NCBI GenBank assembly: GCA_024679065.1
Contig: JAGIQG010000077.1
Location: 62,001-126,000 of the forward strand
Origin: Sphyrna mokarran
Lineage: Eukaryota
Reading direction: 5' to 3'
Length of the DNA: 64,000 bases
Shown here: piece by piece, positions 1 to 12,935 of the stretch
How the letters are laid out: the number at the start of each line of letters is the position of its first letter
How positions within the stretch are numbered: position 1 is the stretch's first letter
Made by a program: the position numbers and the translations under genes
The notes under the pieces: model-generated
What the model saw: only the letters and a program-made list of their open reading frames with translations
Database searches by the model: none
What the model was told of the DNA's origin: nothing

Positions 1-1399
1 AATAAATGAAATCAACTCGTAGAGTCATAGAATCATTGAGTTTACAGAATGGAAACAGGCCCTTCGGCCCATTTTTTCCACGCTATCCTTTTTATTAAAT
101 CTCTAAGCTAGTCCCAGTTGCTCACATGTGGCCCATCTCCCTCTATATTCTTCGTACGCATTTAACTATCTAAATGTATTTTTCCAAGATAAAATTGTAC
201 CTCACTCTAATACTATCTCTAGCAGCTTGTTCCAGACAATCACCACCCTCTGTTTGACAAAATTGTCCCCCGGATGCTTTTGTATCTCTGCCCTGTCATC
301 TAAAACCTATGCCCTCAATTTTTTGACTCCCCTATCTTTGGGAAAATATATTGACTATCTACCGGACCAGTGTCCCCTCATTATTTAACAGACTTCTCTG
401 AAGTGACCACTCAGCCCCCTACGCTCCAGTAAAAAAAAAGTCCCAGTCTACCCAGCCTTTCCTTATAACTCAATCCATCAAGTCCCAGTAACATCCTACT
501 GAATCTTTTCTGCACTCTTTGTAGTTTAGTCTATGTACTCTAAGAAAGATATGTTTGACATTTATTGCGTGCAGGAAACAATAATTTTCACAGTATCACA
601 AATGTATGTGACAACAATAAATCAAATCAAATCTATATAATCCTTGAACTGTATTCTTTATCTTTCAAACGCACGAGAAACAACACTTCCTGCATTATCC
701 CAATACATGTGACAATAATAAATCAAACCAAGTCAAATCAAGTTAATGGGAACTGATATTTAACTGTCTTTCATGCCGTCATTGTTACTTTTTCCAATTT
801 ATTTAAATTGATGCCCTCCTTGTTCTCGGCCCTTTCCGCCTTTGTGAATCGGTTCATCTTCGTTGCTCTGTCCAGCCAATTCAGGATTATCAACACATTT
901 CTCACATCTCCTCTTAACCTTCAGCTATTACAGGGAACTAACTCTCGATTTTCCACTCCATCCAGTTGACTGAAGTGCCTCATTTTTATGACCATTTAGT
1001 GAATAGTTTTTTTTTCTCTGCACTCTCTTCATATTCATTATAAATTGCGTTGCCAGTAACTGTTCACAATTAAGACAGAATCAGAATCCTGCGAAATGTT
1101 GCTGTTCATTTGAGGTGTTATTGTTGTCATATCTGTTGATATGTAATGAAACATATTGTTTCTTGCGCTCTAAACATACTACGCATATATTTCACAACGT
1201 ACATTGATTTGATTTGATGTGGTTTGATTTATTCTTGTCACACCTATTGGGATACAGTGAAAAAACATTCTCTCTTGCACGCTACACAGACAAGACATAC
1301 CGTTCATAGATTACATAGGGGAGAAATAAATGTGAGGATGCAGAATATATTGTCCCCTTCACAGCTCGGGTGTAGTGAAAGATCAGTTTGATATAAAGT

Positions 1400-1628
1400 A
1401 AAAGCAAAATACTGTGGATCCTGGAACCTGAAAGAAATATAGAAAAAACTGGAAGATCTCAGCAGGTCTGACAGCGTCTGAGGGGACAGAATAGGGCCAA
1501 CGTTTCGAGTCTAGATAACTTTTCGTCGGAGCTTTGAAGAAGGATCGTCTAGACTCGGAATGTTGGCTCAATTCTCTACCCACAGATGCTGTCAGAACTT
1601 CTGAGATTTTCCAGCATTTTCTGGTTTG
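1400..1628. mobile_element. Inverted-repeat Penelope-like terminal-repeat remnant (duplicated at ~42590-42815)
   Basis: Imperfect palindrome centred near 1532; each arm has a degenerate CTGANGA...GAAA motif. Confidence 0.6.
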
Positions 1629-1884
1629 GTATAACGACTTAAGGCAGCAAGGGAGAAGCTGCTCTTCCGTCTGTTTGTACGTGATTTCAAACTTTGGTAT
1701 CATTTCCCCGATGAAAGAAGGTAGAATACATAGTGTCCGGGCTGAGTGGAGTCCTTGATTATGTTGACAGCTTCTCTAAGCCAGTGAGGAGTGTAGATTT
1801 ACTTCACTCCTTTTCGATTCTGTGACTCGATTTCGACCATCTGGATCCTCTATGTTTTCCAAACAGCCTGACATCTCCAATAAT

Positions 1885-2421
1885 TTGGAGGTGGCAGCAT
1901 AGTGGTACAGTGTTTCGCAGTGCTGTCTCACAGGGCCAGGGAACCTCGTTCGATTCCTGCCTTGGGTGCCTGTCTCTGTGGAGTTAACACATTTCCCCCT
2001 CTCTCTATATGACTTTCCTTCGGCTGCTCTGCTTTCCTCCCACAGTCCAAAAATGGACAAGTTAGTTGAATTGCCCCTTAGTGTCCATCAATGTGTGGTT
2101 TCGTTGGGTTGGCCAAGCTAAATTACCCCTTAGTGTGCAGCAATGTGCCAATTAGTTGGATTGGCCATTCTAAATTGCCCCTTAGTGTCCAGCAATGCGT
2201 GGTTTGGAATGATTGGCGACGCTAAATTGCCCTGTAGTTGTTCAGAACGTGCATATTGGATGGATTTGCCATGCTAAACTGCCCCTTAGCATCCCAAGGT
2301 GCGTTAGGGGGATTCGCGGCTCACTACGGGGGTTACGGGAATGGGGCCTGGGTAAGAAGAGAGTCAGTGAGGACTTGATGAGGTAAATGTCCTCCTTCTT
2401 CATTTAGGATTGTATGATTTG
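1885..2421 (+). mobile_element. HE1-type V-SINE with tandemly amplified V-domain (duplicated at ~43080-43620)
   Basis: Head, then ~5 copies of a ~55-bp ttggccatgctaaattgccccttagtgtcc unit, then tail. Confidence 0.85.
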
Positions 2422-3099
2422 AATAGATTTACGGTCAGGTAATTATTTTCCGAGAGATGAAAGAGTTGGAATCGTTTCCAACAATCCAAATTCAACATTT
2501 GCTCTTAATTCATATAAAAGAGAAACAATGGGAAGAGCTCATCCAGTCAATCCCTAGAGCGTACTGCCAAATGATCATGGGGGATTAATAATGATTTATA
2601 ATGTTACTGACATGAGGATGGAAAATTTAAATATAACTGTTATGTGAGGAGGTAGATATAGATTGATTAATAGCCTTCCTGGAGCAAAGTGAGGTAAATT
2701 AATTCACCGCCCTTCTGGGCGAAGATGTCTATTTCACCTCTTGTCTATGGCCTGTGTCTGCAGTATAGAACTGATCTCACTTCCATTCTTAGATTCACTG
2801 TCCAAAAAAAGGAGGATGGGAGCAAATAATAAATTTCAAAAGAGAAATCACTTCTTGACATGAAGGTGAAAACCTGAAAGGGCGAGGGGTAAAATGGTGA
2901 GCAGAACAGCATCGCTGTTTTGAAGAGTGAGTCTGGACATAAGTGACTGAATGAGATCTTCATGGGTGCATTGCTCAGAGATTCTTACTTGTTTTCAGGA
3001 ATATAAGGCGAAACGTGGAATTGTGTATCTAACGCGAACCTACTCTGGGTAGGTGCAACCCAATGCAGTCTGACATATTTTATCAATTGATCGCACATA

Positions 3100-3945
3100 C
3101 AGCTCAGATAAGTAACTACACACACACACATACACTCAGATATATATCTATATACAACGCTTAGATATTTATGTATATACAAACATAGACAAAAACGCTC
3201 AATATTTCTCTATATGCACACATTTACACGCACGCTCAGATATTTATCCATACGCACAAATAGACACACACACGCTCAAATATTTATTTATGTACACACA
3301 TAGACACACATTTGGCTCATATATTTACAGATACACAGACATAGACACACATTCTCAGATCTTATCTATGCGCACATGCAAGCTTAGTTATATGTATATA
3401 TATATATATTCTCAGACATATATATATATAATAACCTCAAGCTCATTTACATATCCATATACACACATTCATATGTATAACTATATACACACACACAAGT
3501 TCAGATATTTATCTATATTCACACGTTCGTATATATAACTATATGCACAGATGTTCAGATATATATTAGTACACACACGTCTAAGTCTGAGATCATCCAC
3601 GAACAGACTCAAGGTCTGCTTCTTCCTTGCTGCCTTCGGGCTTTTGAATGGACCTATCTTGCAGTAAGCTAATCTTTCTCTAAACGTTAACTATGTGTGT
3701 AACACAACATACTGTACTCTCTCCTTTCATTCTCCCCGTGAACTCTATGAACGTCATGTTTGTCAAAATAGTATACAAGAAAGTATACTTTTCACTGTAT
3801 ACTAACGCATATACAATAATACATCAAATGAAATCAAATGCACATATGCTCAGGGATATACCTGTGCGCGCACACTCAAATACACGCACACACACACGCA
3901 CACACACACACACAGACACACACACACACAGACACACACACTCAG
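3100..3945. repeat. CA/TA-rich low-complexity tract and (CA)n microsatellite (duplicated at 44300-45143)
   Basis: Direct inspection. Confidence 0.9.
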
Positions 3946-4041
3946 GCACACGTATATGCCAAGATGGCTGGGTTCTACTAAACTAATCCACTTGTCTCTA
4001 AAGTTGAATAGAAACCTTCATAATACACAGTAGCATCTCAC

Positions 4042-5433
4042 CTTTCCATTTTACAGTTGCCTTAGGACATGAAACACTTTTTGTCCAATATTTCCTCGGA
4101 GTCCCCAGTTGAACAATACAAGTGCAGACAGCGCCGCTTCTCCAGGTTACCCCCGGCACTATGACGTGACTCCTGACACTGTAGGTCCCGTCCTCCTCCA
4201 TTATCCCTGGATCAGTCGATCCTTCAGCGACTAAACTGGAAATATTCCAGAAAACAGCAATCTGGTTGGAAGAAACTCCACTGACCAAACACACCATGGG
4301 CACGGTATCATTCACATCCAGCTCATCCGGCGGGATAAATACCTGCACAGCCGTCTTGCTGGTAGAACTGTCTAGACAGAAATTGGGACATAGTTAACGA
4401 TTTATTTACACCAAATGGTATTGCTGTGCACAATCTGAATTCATTTCACTTGCTCTCTTACCTCCAACCAGTAGTGTGGTTCCATTCTGGAGCGGTGCTA
4501 ACCTACCCTTATCAGCACAGTAGTAGGAACCCGAGTCATTCGCCTGGACATCGCGAATTTCCAGTATCAATTCATGTTTGTCGTGGCCTTTTTTAGAAAC
4601 AAACTTACAATCGGCCTCCTGACAGGGTGGGATATCGATTACTTTCGAGATTTCACCAATATTTTGTTTGTACCAGAAATACCTGGCCACGACTTCAACC
4701 TCGAATGCTTGTTGACAGGTTAAATCCACCGTCTGGCCGACTTCGGCTGTCACTGTGAAGAGCCTTTGAGGTAGAGAGGACTCGGAATCTGCAACTAGAG
4801 AGAAAATTCAAACGTTACAACATATTTCAACACAGAAAGTTGCCGTTTGAAAAAAAAAACGCTGTAAATTAAGAAGAACCTCATTATTATCTTCAATTAT
4901 ACTTCTGGAGATTATTTCCCAAGATTATTTCTTCGCTTGAAAGGATGAAGCAGAAAATCCTTTGTGCCGATCACGAAGTCGTATTTGTAGTGCTGTAACT
5001 GGGCGGCATGGCGTTTGGGACCTCTGGTTCACAGCGCTGGGGACACAGGTTAAATTCCTGGCTTGGGTCACATCTGTGCACGTTCTCCCCGTGCCTGCAT
5101 GGGCCTTTCCTCCCACTCAGCGAAATCTGTGCTGGTACGGTGCATTGGCCGTGCTAAATTCTGCCTCTGTGTACCCGCACTGGCGCAAGAGTGTGCCGAC
5201 TAGGGCCTTTTCATTGCAGTGTCGATGGAAAAATAAAGATTACTCGTCACAAGTAAGGCTAAGGCTCACATTAACACTAGAATGTGAAATTCCCCTGGAA
5301 GCCGACTTGTGACACTAATGCTTAAAAAAACTAACTTGACTGTTGCCATTTTAAATATCTCACCTGGCAAATACTCACCATGAACCCAAAACGCATGGAG
5401 AATGAATATCAGGGATAAAGATTGCTGGGGCAT
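4042..5433 (-). CDS. Second copy (partial in window) of the VJ-C1 gene: leader 5379-5433, VJ 4462-4788, C1 4042-4371; TM/tail exons would lie beyond the left window edge
   Basis: V and C1 ORF translations are identical to those at 45196-45951; same splice sites at offset 41198. Confidence 0.9.
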
Positions 5434-5884
5434 TTTGCACAGATGAGCAATATCTCCCTGTTTCCACTCACACCAGTTTGTTTTTGCTGAGAGGTCCGAG
5501 GACTGACCTGGTCTCAGACCCAGTTAATTGTTGCACTTTCTGATTGGGTGGAAACTGTGACAAGAGACAATGGAAAGTGTGACATAGTATTGATGACGTT
5601 GCACTGCTGAATGCATTTGACGCACTGTGATCGCCGCCTACGTGTCACAGGGTCAAGTGATAGAACATTCACACTGAGCTTGACTGGTTTGACCTACCGA
5701 GGGGATCACAAGCTAATCATTGTGCGGATATATGCAGAATATGTAAGTTACATTTTAATTTATTCTCAGGATATGCAATACGGCGGCTTAGTTGAGAAAA
5801 ATGAGGGCGGTGATCTCACTGAAAATTAGAGAACACTGAAACGCCTGGTAGAGTGGACATGGAGAGGATATTCAGCATAGAATA

Positions 5885-6230
5885 TAATAGAATCACTTCA
5901 TCTCAGAAGGAGGCCATTTCAGCCCTTAGAGGTTGCACTGACAATGACCGCAGCCAGGCGATATATCCGTAACGTATCTTACACTCTGAGCTCCCCTCCT
6001 CCCTCCACCTCTCCACCCCCCCAACTCCCGACACGAAAGGACAATTTAGCACGGCCAATCCAACAAACCCATACAACTTTGGATTGTGGGAGGAAGCTGG
6101 AGCAACGACAGGAAACCCATGCAGACACTGGGAGAATGTGCAAAATCAACACAGTCACCCAAGACCGGAATTGAACCCGAGTCCCTAAGTGCTGTGAAGT
6201 AGCAGTGCTAAAAGCTGTGTCACTGTCCAT
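5885..6230 (-). mobile_element. HE1-type V-SINE upstream of the receptor promoter (duplicated at ~47083-47428)
   Basis: Head, V-domain and tail in reverse orientation. Confidence 0.8.
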
Positions 6231-8437
6231 TAGTTGGAGAGACTCGGCTTCGAGTGCACAGACTCATAGTGAAGGGTTGACCCTTTCGCACCAAGAGAAG
6301 GGATTCCTTCAACCAGAGAGACGTTAATATGTGGAATTCATTGCCACAAGAGGCTGTGAAGGCCATGTCATTGAGCGTATTTAAAACAGAGATAGGTAGG
6401 CTCCTGTTGGCAAGTGTTTCAAAGGTTTAGAGGAAAAGGCGGGAGAATGGGGTTGAGAAGCATATCAGCCATGATCGAATGGCAGAGCAGACTCGATGGG
6501 CAGAATGGCGTAATTATGGTCCTTTATCCTGTGGGCGTATTGCTCAGCAACATGTATGATTGATTGGTGGCATTGAGTTGTCATTGTAGAATGTATTGTC
6601 TATATTATAGAAGTGTACAACACTTCGATGTTGTGCTGAACATGACGGAAGTTAAATTTATCCCTTTTGCCTGACCTTGATCCATATCCCTATGTTTCTT
6701 GCATATTCATGTCCTTATCTAAAAACCCCTTAAACGCCCCTATCAGGCCTGCCTTCAACACCACCTCAGACAGCGCGTTCCAGACTACTACCACTCTGTG
6801 TAAACAATTTGCTCCTCACATTTCCTTTGAACTTTCCCCTCCGATTTAAGTCCATGCTCCTTAGCATTTGATATTTCAAATTTGGCGAAACATATTTTGA
6901 ATGCAAACTCTTATAAATTTTACACACTTCTATCAGGTCTCCCCTCAGCCTTCAACGCTCCAATGAAAACAACTTTTGCAACTTTCCTGTGGTTGTCCAT
7001 GTGCTATATCAATAATGCTAAATACGGAGCGAGGACCATCATTTTGACCATGCTGCAGTGAAGGAACGACAATAAGTTTCCAACATATTGCCTCTGATTG
7101 GGAGGGGAGTTACTGGAAATGGTGTACCCACGAGTCCACCCTCTTTGTCCTTCAGGACCAATAAGGTGTGGATTTGCAAAGAGAATGACAGGAATGTAGG
7201 TTGAATATAGTAGTATGCACTATGATCCATTCTGAAAAAGGGCTTTAGTTTTACAATAATTGATGTAGAAACATTGGCAAAATAAGCAAGAAGAGGCCAT
7301 TTAGCACTTTGAACCTGCTCTGCCATTCGTTTCGGTCAAGGCTGATCATCAAATTCAATGCCCTGAATTCCCCCTTTCCCCCATATTCCTCTTTCGACCT
7401 AAAAGCTACTACTTCGAATTCCTCAAAGTCCATCTTGAAATCACAAAACTTTTTGGACCCACCAACAGTCTGTGGTAGTGAATTTCACACATTGGCCACT
7501 CCCTGGGTGAAGACTTCTCTCTCCATCACAGTTGTAAAAGATTTTCCCCTTATTCTCAAACAATTACCAGTAGTTTTGGACATCCTCACACTCAGCAACA
7601 TTCTTTTTTACCGACTCTCTCTAAACCTGATGCAACTTTAAACGTTTCAACGGGACGCCCTCTCACTCTCCTAAACTCTGAAGAATTCAATCCAAACAAA
7701 TTTAGTCTCTCCTCACTTGACAGACCTGTCAACTCAGCAATCATCCTGGTGCACCTTCACTGTCCTTCCTGTAAAGCAAGGACACGCTTCCCTCAGATAA
7801 GGGCAACCAAAATTGTACACAGCACTCCAGACTTTTTTTTTTGAAATCACGTAATGATTTTGGCCTCAACTACTTTGTGAATTAATCTGCGTATCTTTTA
7901 CTTGTCTTCCAAATTGGATGTTGAATAAACACAAGGACATGATGTCACATTCATGAGGATAGCATACATAAGATCATTCACGCAATAGGCTAGTTTTTCT
8001 TCATTGTACCAAAGCTGGGAACAGGCAGTCTGCTGTTTGCGGTTCCAAGCTGAGAGGTAAGGTGTGTCCTCCCTAGGCAGCTCTGTGTGTGCAGTACCTC
8101 AACTGTGAAAACAAGCAAACCACTGACAGCTTCTCGCCTGAAAAAAATTCCATAAGTGATGTAAAGTGGATAGAATCTTGGCTCGCGACTTGCACCCCTC
8201 GATATCCTCTGCACCCCTCAGAACATTTGGGCCGTCCTTGTAAGGGTAGAAGCTAGGAGCCGTGGCAGAGACAATGCGCCTCTTTGCTGTCACACCAAAC
8301 CCTCTGTTACAGAGTCGACTGAAACGCTTCATTTTCATTCTAGGTCATGCACATATGCAGGACAGTTCAGGCAGTCAGTTCCCAGTAGTCAGAAGCCCAT
8401 CTACAAATTCATTCTACCAATTTCTTCATTTTAAAGG

Positions 8438-8720
8438 AGGAGCGATGGCTGAGTGGTATTATCGCTGGACTCTTAATCCGAACACTCAAAAGCTGTTCTG
8501 GTGACCCAGGTTCTAATCCTGCCACGATAGCTGGAGGCATATGAATTCAATAGAAGATATCTGGAATTCAAAGTCTACTGGTGACCATACAACCATTTCT
8601 TATTGTCAGGGAAAACCCCCCAAACTTCCTTAATACCGTTTAACGAAGGGAATCTGCTCTCCATATCTGTACTGGCCTACATGTGACTCCGGATACACAG
8701 CAATGTTGTAGCTGGCAGCT
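8438..8720 (+). mobile_element. SacSINE1-like Deu-SINE (duplicated at ~49639-49921)
   Basis: tRNA-like head followed by the Deu-type core gaagggaatctgc...ggcctacatgtgactcc. Confidence 0.7.
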
Positions 8721-9215
8721 AGGTCCCATGGATATGTGACCCTTTTGTGGCAACGTGCGTTCTCCATCATTGTACTGAAGATTTTGTGACATGGGTTCCT
8801 CAGGGGCCTTCGAGAATTTAGACGTTTCACTGAATTCACTGCAGAACTAGGACATGTTTCCAATGACAGAATCCAACAAGCATCAACATTTGCCCCATTA
8901 ACAGTTCCAAGTGTTAGAATATATGCATAATAACCTTTTGCAATAACTGCCACATTGATCGGGAATCTATTCTTTATTCTCATTGGGATTTGAAGTCTTA
9001 AGATAGCTGATAAGGTGACGGCTGATGTTCAGCAGGCACATTTTACAATTAATGTTTTGTTTTAATTTGTATTGGTTTGAAACACCACTTGTAATTCGTT
9101 TGCTCCTCCCCTCCCCCGACTGGAAATCTGAGTGAACGGATCCGTCAAGGGAAAGTGAGCAAATGATCCATTTCATAATGTTGACCAGTAACTTCGTCAC
9201 TCTTTTGGTCGAGAA

Positions 9216-9462
9216 CTTCAACTTTCTTGTGTCCAGATCACCAGCAATCTATCCTAGTCCCTTCATGACGAAGATATGGTTAGGGAAGTTCACCAACGGC
9301 TCTACTTCCTCAGATTGCTAAGGAAATTTGGCATTTTTGCTAGGCCTCTCACCAACTTTTACAGATGCATCACCGAAAACACCCTTTCCGGATGTCTCAC
9401 AAGTTGGTACGGCTCCTGCTCTGACCAACGCTGCAAAAAACTACAAATGGTTGTGAATGAGG
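9216..9462 (+). mobile_element. Rex1/Babar-like LINE 3' ORF fragment (duplicated at 50417-50663)
   Basis: QRLYFLRLLRKFG...FYRCITENTLSGCLTSWYGSC. Confidence 0.8.
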
Positions 9463-10294
9463 TCATCTGCATTTTATTGTTATCAGATAATTTAATCAAA
9501 TCTGATGAACTCATTTATCTGCCGTATTGGCACTTGCTGGAATAGTCTGGGGTCCATCATCCGCTGGACACTTTTCGATGAAGTTTGTTAAACAGCTTCA
9601 TCCTTGCATTTTGCACTGATGAGCTGGGTTCCCTGTCATTGAGCTTCGAAATATGTTTGAAGATTCCTAACCTGTTAACTATTGCATTTAATACCTCCAA
9701 TCCCGGCAGGATTGCTGTTGACTATGATCTCCTCATTCTGGGGCCATTTAACTCTGTCTATCGGATGCTGTGTTCTCTGTTTGTGTCGCAAGTATTCCCA
9801 TGCTGTACTTTAACGACATTGCGTTTTATTTTTAAGGTCCTCCCCCCGTCAGTGCATCCTTCAAGTTGATTTCACGATGGAGGACTATTGATGCACGAGC
9901 TGAGGTGGACAATATGAGGCAAATAGCAGAATGTTTCCTTGCCCATGGATGTGCTGTTGGCAAGTAATGTCTTGTGCTCCAGAGAAGATGTTGGGATCTC
10001 GATGCGTACATCTGTAATTCTATCTCCGTTCAGCTTTTGCAGTACAATAGCGCCACCTCAGGAATGGTGTTGGTAATGTCTAGGACTTCCTCTGCCGGAT
10101 GTGATTTCCTGAGTATGACAGTTTGCAGACTTTGGTTTTCCTCCTCGAGTTCGGGGTCGGCGGGTTTTGTTGGGAGGGGGGCGGGCAGGAAATGGGGCGA
10201 GTTCAGGAGGGGTATGGGTAGAGAATGCATTTCCTCTAAACTTGGAAAAGGCCCCTCAGATGATATTAAGATCTACTTTGAAGAGTCAACAGCG

Positions 10295-10394
10295 NNNNNN
10301 NNNNNNNNNNNNNNNNNNNNNNNNNNNNNNNNNNNNNNNNNNNNNNNNNNNNNNNNNNNNNNNNNNNNNNNNNNNNNNNNNNNNNNNNNNNNNN
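10295..10394. other. Assembly gap (100 N, typical unknown-size placeholder)
   Basis: Run of N. Confidence 1.
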
Positions 10395-11759
10395 CCTTCT
10401 TGCATGCGTAAACGGACAAAACATATCGTTCATAGAGTATATAGATTTGATTTAGTACTGTCACATGTAATCGGATACTGTGAAAAGTATTGATTCTTAC
10501 TCACTATACAAAGTATACCATTCATAGAGTGCATAGATTTGATTTGTTTTTGTCACATGTATTGGCATACAGTGAAAAGTATTGTTCTTTTCGCGGTATG
10601 CAGACAAAGCACACGATTCATAGAGTACACTGATTTAATGTATTATTGTGACATGTGCTGGGATTCAGTGAAAAGTAATATTTCTTGCGCGCTATACAAA
10701 CAAAGCATACCGTTGGTGAAAGGTGATGGTAGTGTCAGAATCATCGTCAGGATGTAGAGAAAGTTCAGTTTAATGCAGTGTGGGTCCATTTTTCGTTGGA
10801 TAGTAATTCACGTGACAATAATAAATCAAACCAAATCAAATTAAAATCTGCCAATTAATAAAAAATCGCACTCTTAAAGTCATTCTGATTATGGCGTTAG
10901 TTGCCCCATTTTCCTCCTCACGTCCACTTGAGACGAATGACAAAGATGTATTTTAACTGGGCAGCTGGATAAACACCAATGAGAGAAAGGAGTAGAAGGA
11001 CATGCTGATGGAATGATAGAAAGAAGGAATGGGGTACCTCTGGAGCATTGACAGCAGCTGATAGGCCGAATGGTGCAAAACTGTTCTGTGCTTTTAATGT
11101 AATTGTGTCAGAAAAACATGAAATCAAATCCACCCTTTGATACTCTGATATGTGAACTGTTATTGCTGCCTCTATGCTTTACCTGGGCTGCAAAAAGGGC
11201 ATGGTCCACATTATTTCAGAGAGATTACAGTCGCCTAGCTTAATGTCAAGCCTGGCACGAACACAGGCTGCCCGCAGGTTCTTGGTAGTCGATGATATAT
11301 CTTTACTAGTGCACTTACTATTGAAATGTAGGAGATTCAGTCAGGTTCATCCGAAACGGGATGCTGAAAATTGACAATTGATAAAGCTTGGATAAATTAA
11401 CTTATAGAACTATAAAACTCCTATAACGCAGAAGGAAGGCCATTCATCCCCTTCAGCCTGCACAACCAGCAAACCCACCCGGGCGCAATCGCCGTGACCC
11501 CACATAGTTAGCCTGCTAATTCCCCTGACACTAAAGGACAATTTAGCATGGCCGATCGACCAAACCCGCACATCTTTATCCACTAAGGCGCAATTTAGCA
11601 TGGTCAATCCGGCATTCTGAATATTTTTGGAAATTAGGGCCAATTTAGCGTGGCCAATCAACTGAGCATGGCCAATCAGACAACTGGCACATACTTGACC
11701 ACTTCAGGGGCAATTTTGCACGACCAATCCAGAATATCTGTACATCTTTGGACATTAGG

Positions 11760-12121
11760 CCGAAAAGAGGTGTTTAAAATTATGAAGGGCATTGTTAGGG
11801 TGAACTGTGGAAAGGTTTTTCCCAAGTCGGAGGTGACGAGCACAAGGGGTCACAAGTTCAAGCTCAGGGGAAGGGGGCCAGCAAGGTTCAGCACAGATGT
11901 CAAGGGGACAAATCGTACACAGGGTGTGGTGGGGGCCTGGAATGCACTGCCAAGCAAGGTGGTTGAGGCGGACACGCTGGGATCGTTTAAGACTTATCCA
12001 GATAGCCACATGACCAGACTGGGAATAGAGGGTTAAAAACAAATTGTCTAATTGGGCGCACGATCAGCGCAGGTTTGGATGGTCGAAGGGCCTGTTCCTG
12101 TGTTGTACTGTTCTTTGTTCT
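11760..12121 (+). mobile_element. Degenerate CR1 3' fragment
   Basis: EVFKIMKG...TRGHKFKL...WNALP, plus tail. Confidence 0.85.
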
Positions 12122-12669
12122 AAGGGGCAATTAAGCATGGTCAATCCACCTAACTAGCACATTGTAGGACGTTGGCATTTAAACTTACAGTGTTCTAATT
12201 TACAGATCCTGTCCCAGGTGCCCCAATCGTCATTTCTATTAATTTCTGTTGCTTCTTTTGACAAATCCTCTTAAATCAATGCCATGCAACTTTCGGTATT
12301 TTGCCTTTTCATAAATATGGTATTCGTTCTTTTTTTTTACAGAAATGACAAATGCTGATAGAACACAGAAACAGACAAGGCTCTAAACTCAAAACCAAAT
12401 AAAAGTAACAGGATTTGATCTATTTAAGCTAATCTACGTCCTTTATCTGAATATAGGCTTTCTTAATATAGAGAGAGTAACACTGTTTATTTATTATTGT
12501 GCTTCTAGAAAGCCAGCATACCCTTTATTGTGAAAAAAAACTTCGTTAACATGACAGACAAGCCTATTTAAATAGCAGCTGCCTTGTTACTTGTTCTCTA
12601 CACAGCTTAGTAGTGCACTTGCTTTCGACTGTATGACGATCAATTGACATTCTTGATTAACCATTTACC

Positions 12670-12935
12670 AAGTGGTGGTAGTTATAGGACGGATGTCAGA
12701 GGTAGATTCTCTACTCACAGGGTAGTTAGGGTGTGGAACGCCCTGTCTGCAGCAGTTGTCGACTCGCCAACTTTAAGGGCGTTCAAATGGCCAGTGGATA
12801 GACATATGAATAACATTGGAATAGTTTAAGTTAGAGGGTCATTAGATGGTTCCACTGGTCTGCGCAAGATCGAGGGCCGAAGAGCCTGTACGACGCTATA
12901 ATGTTATACATTCTATGTACTATGTCCTACGTTCT
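12670..12935 (+). mobile_element. Degenerate CR1 3' fragment
   Basis: YRTDVRGRFSTHRVVRVWNAL, plus tail. Confidence 0.85.

Larger units (their letters stand above)
1..10291 (+). repeat. Copy 1 of a >=10.3-kb direct segmental duplication (or uncollapsed haplotype)
   Basis: Colinear with 41189-51492 (offset 41187-41201); only about 20 SNPs/small indels seen by eye; ends at the 100-N gap. Confidence 0.97.

Noticed and set aside
2745-2963. TM exon of the receptor
   Set aside because: The hydrophobic-looking frame is not in phase with the C1 donor; a much better TM exon is at 39264-39365.
8630-8983. 117-aa ORF as a gene
   Set aside because: No recognisable motifs, and it runs into a Deu-SINE; it recurs only because of the block duplication.
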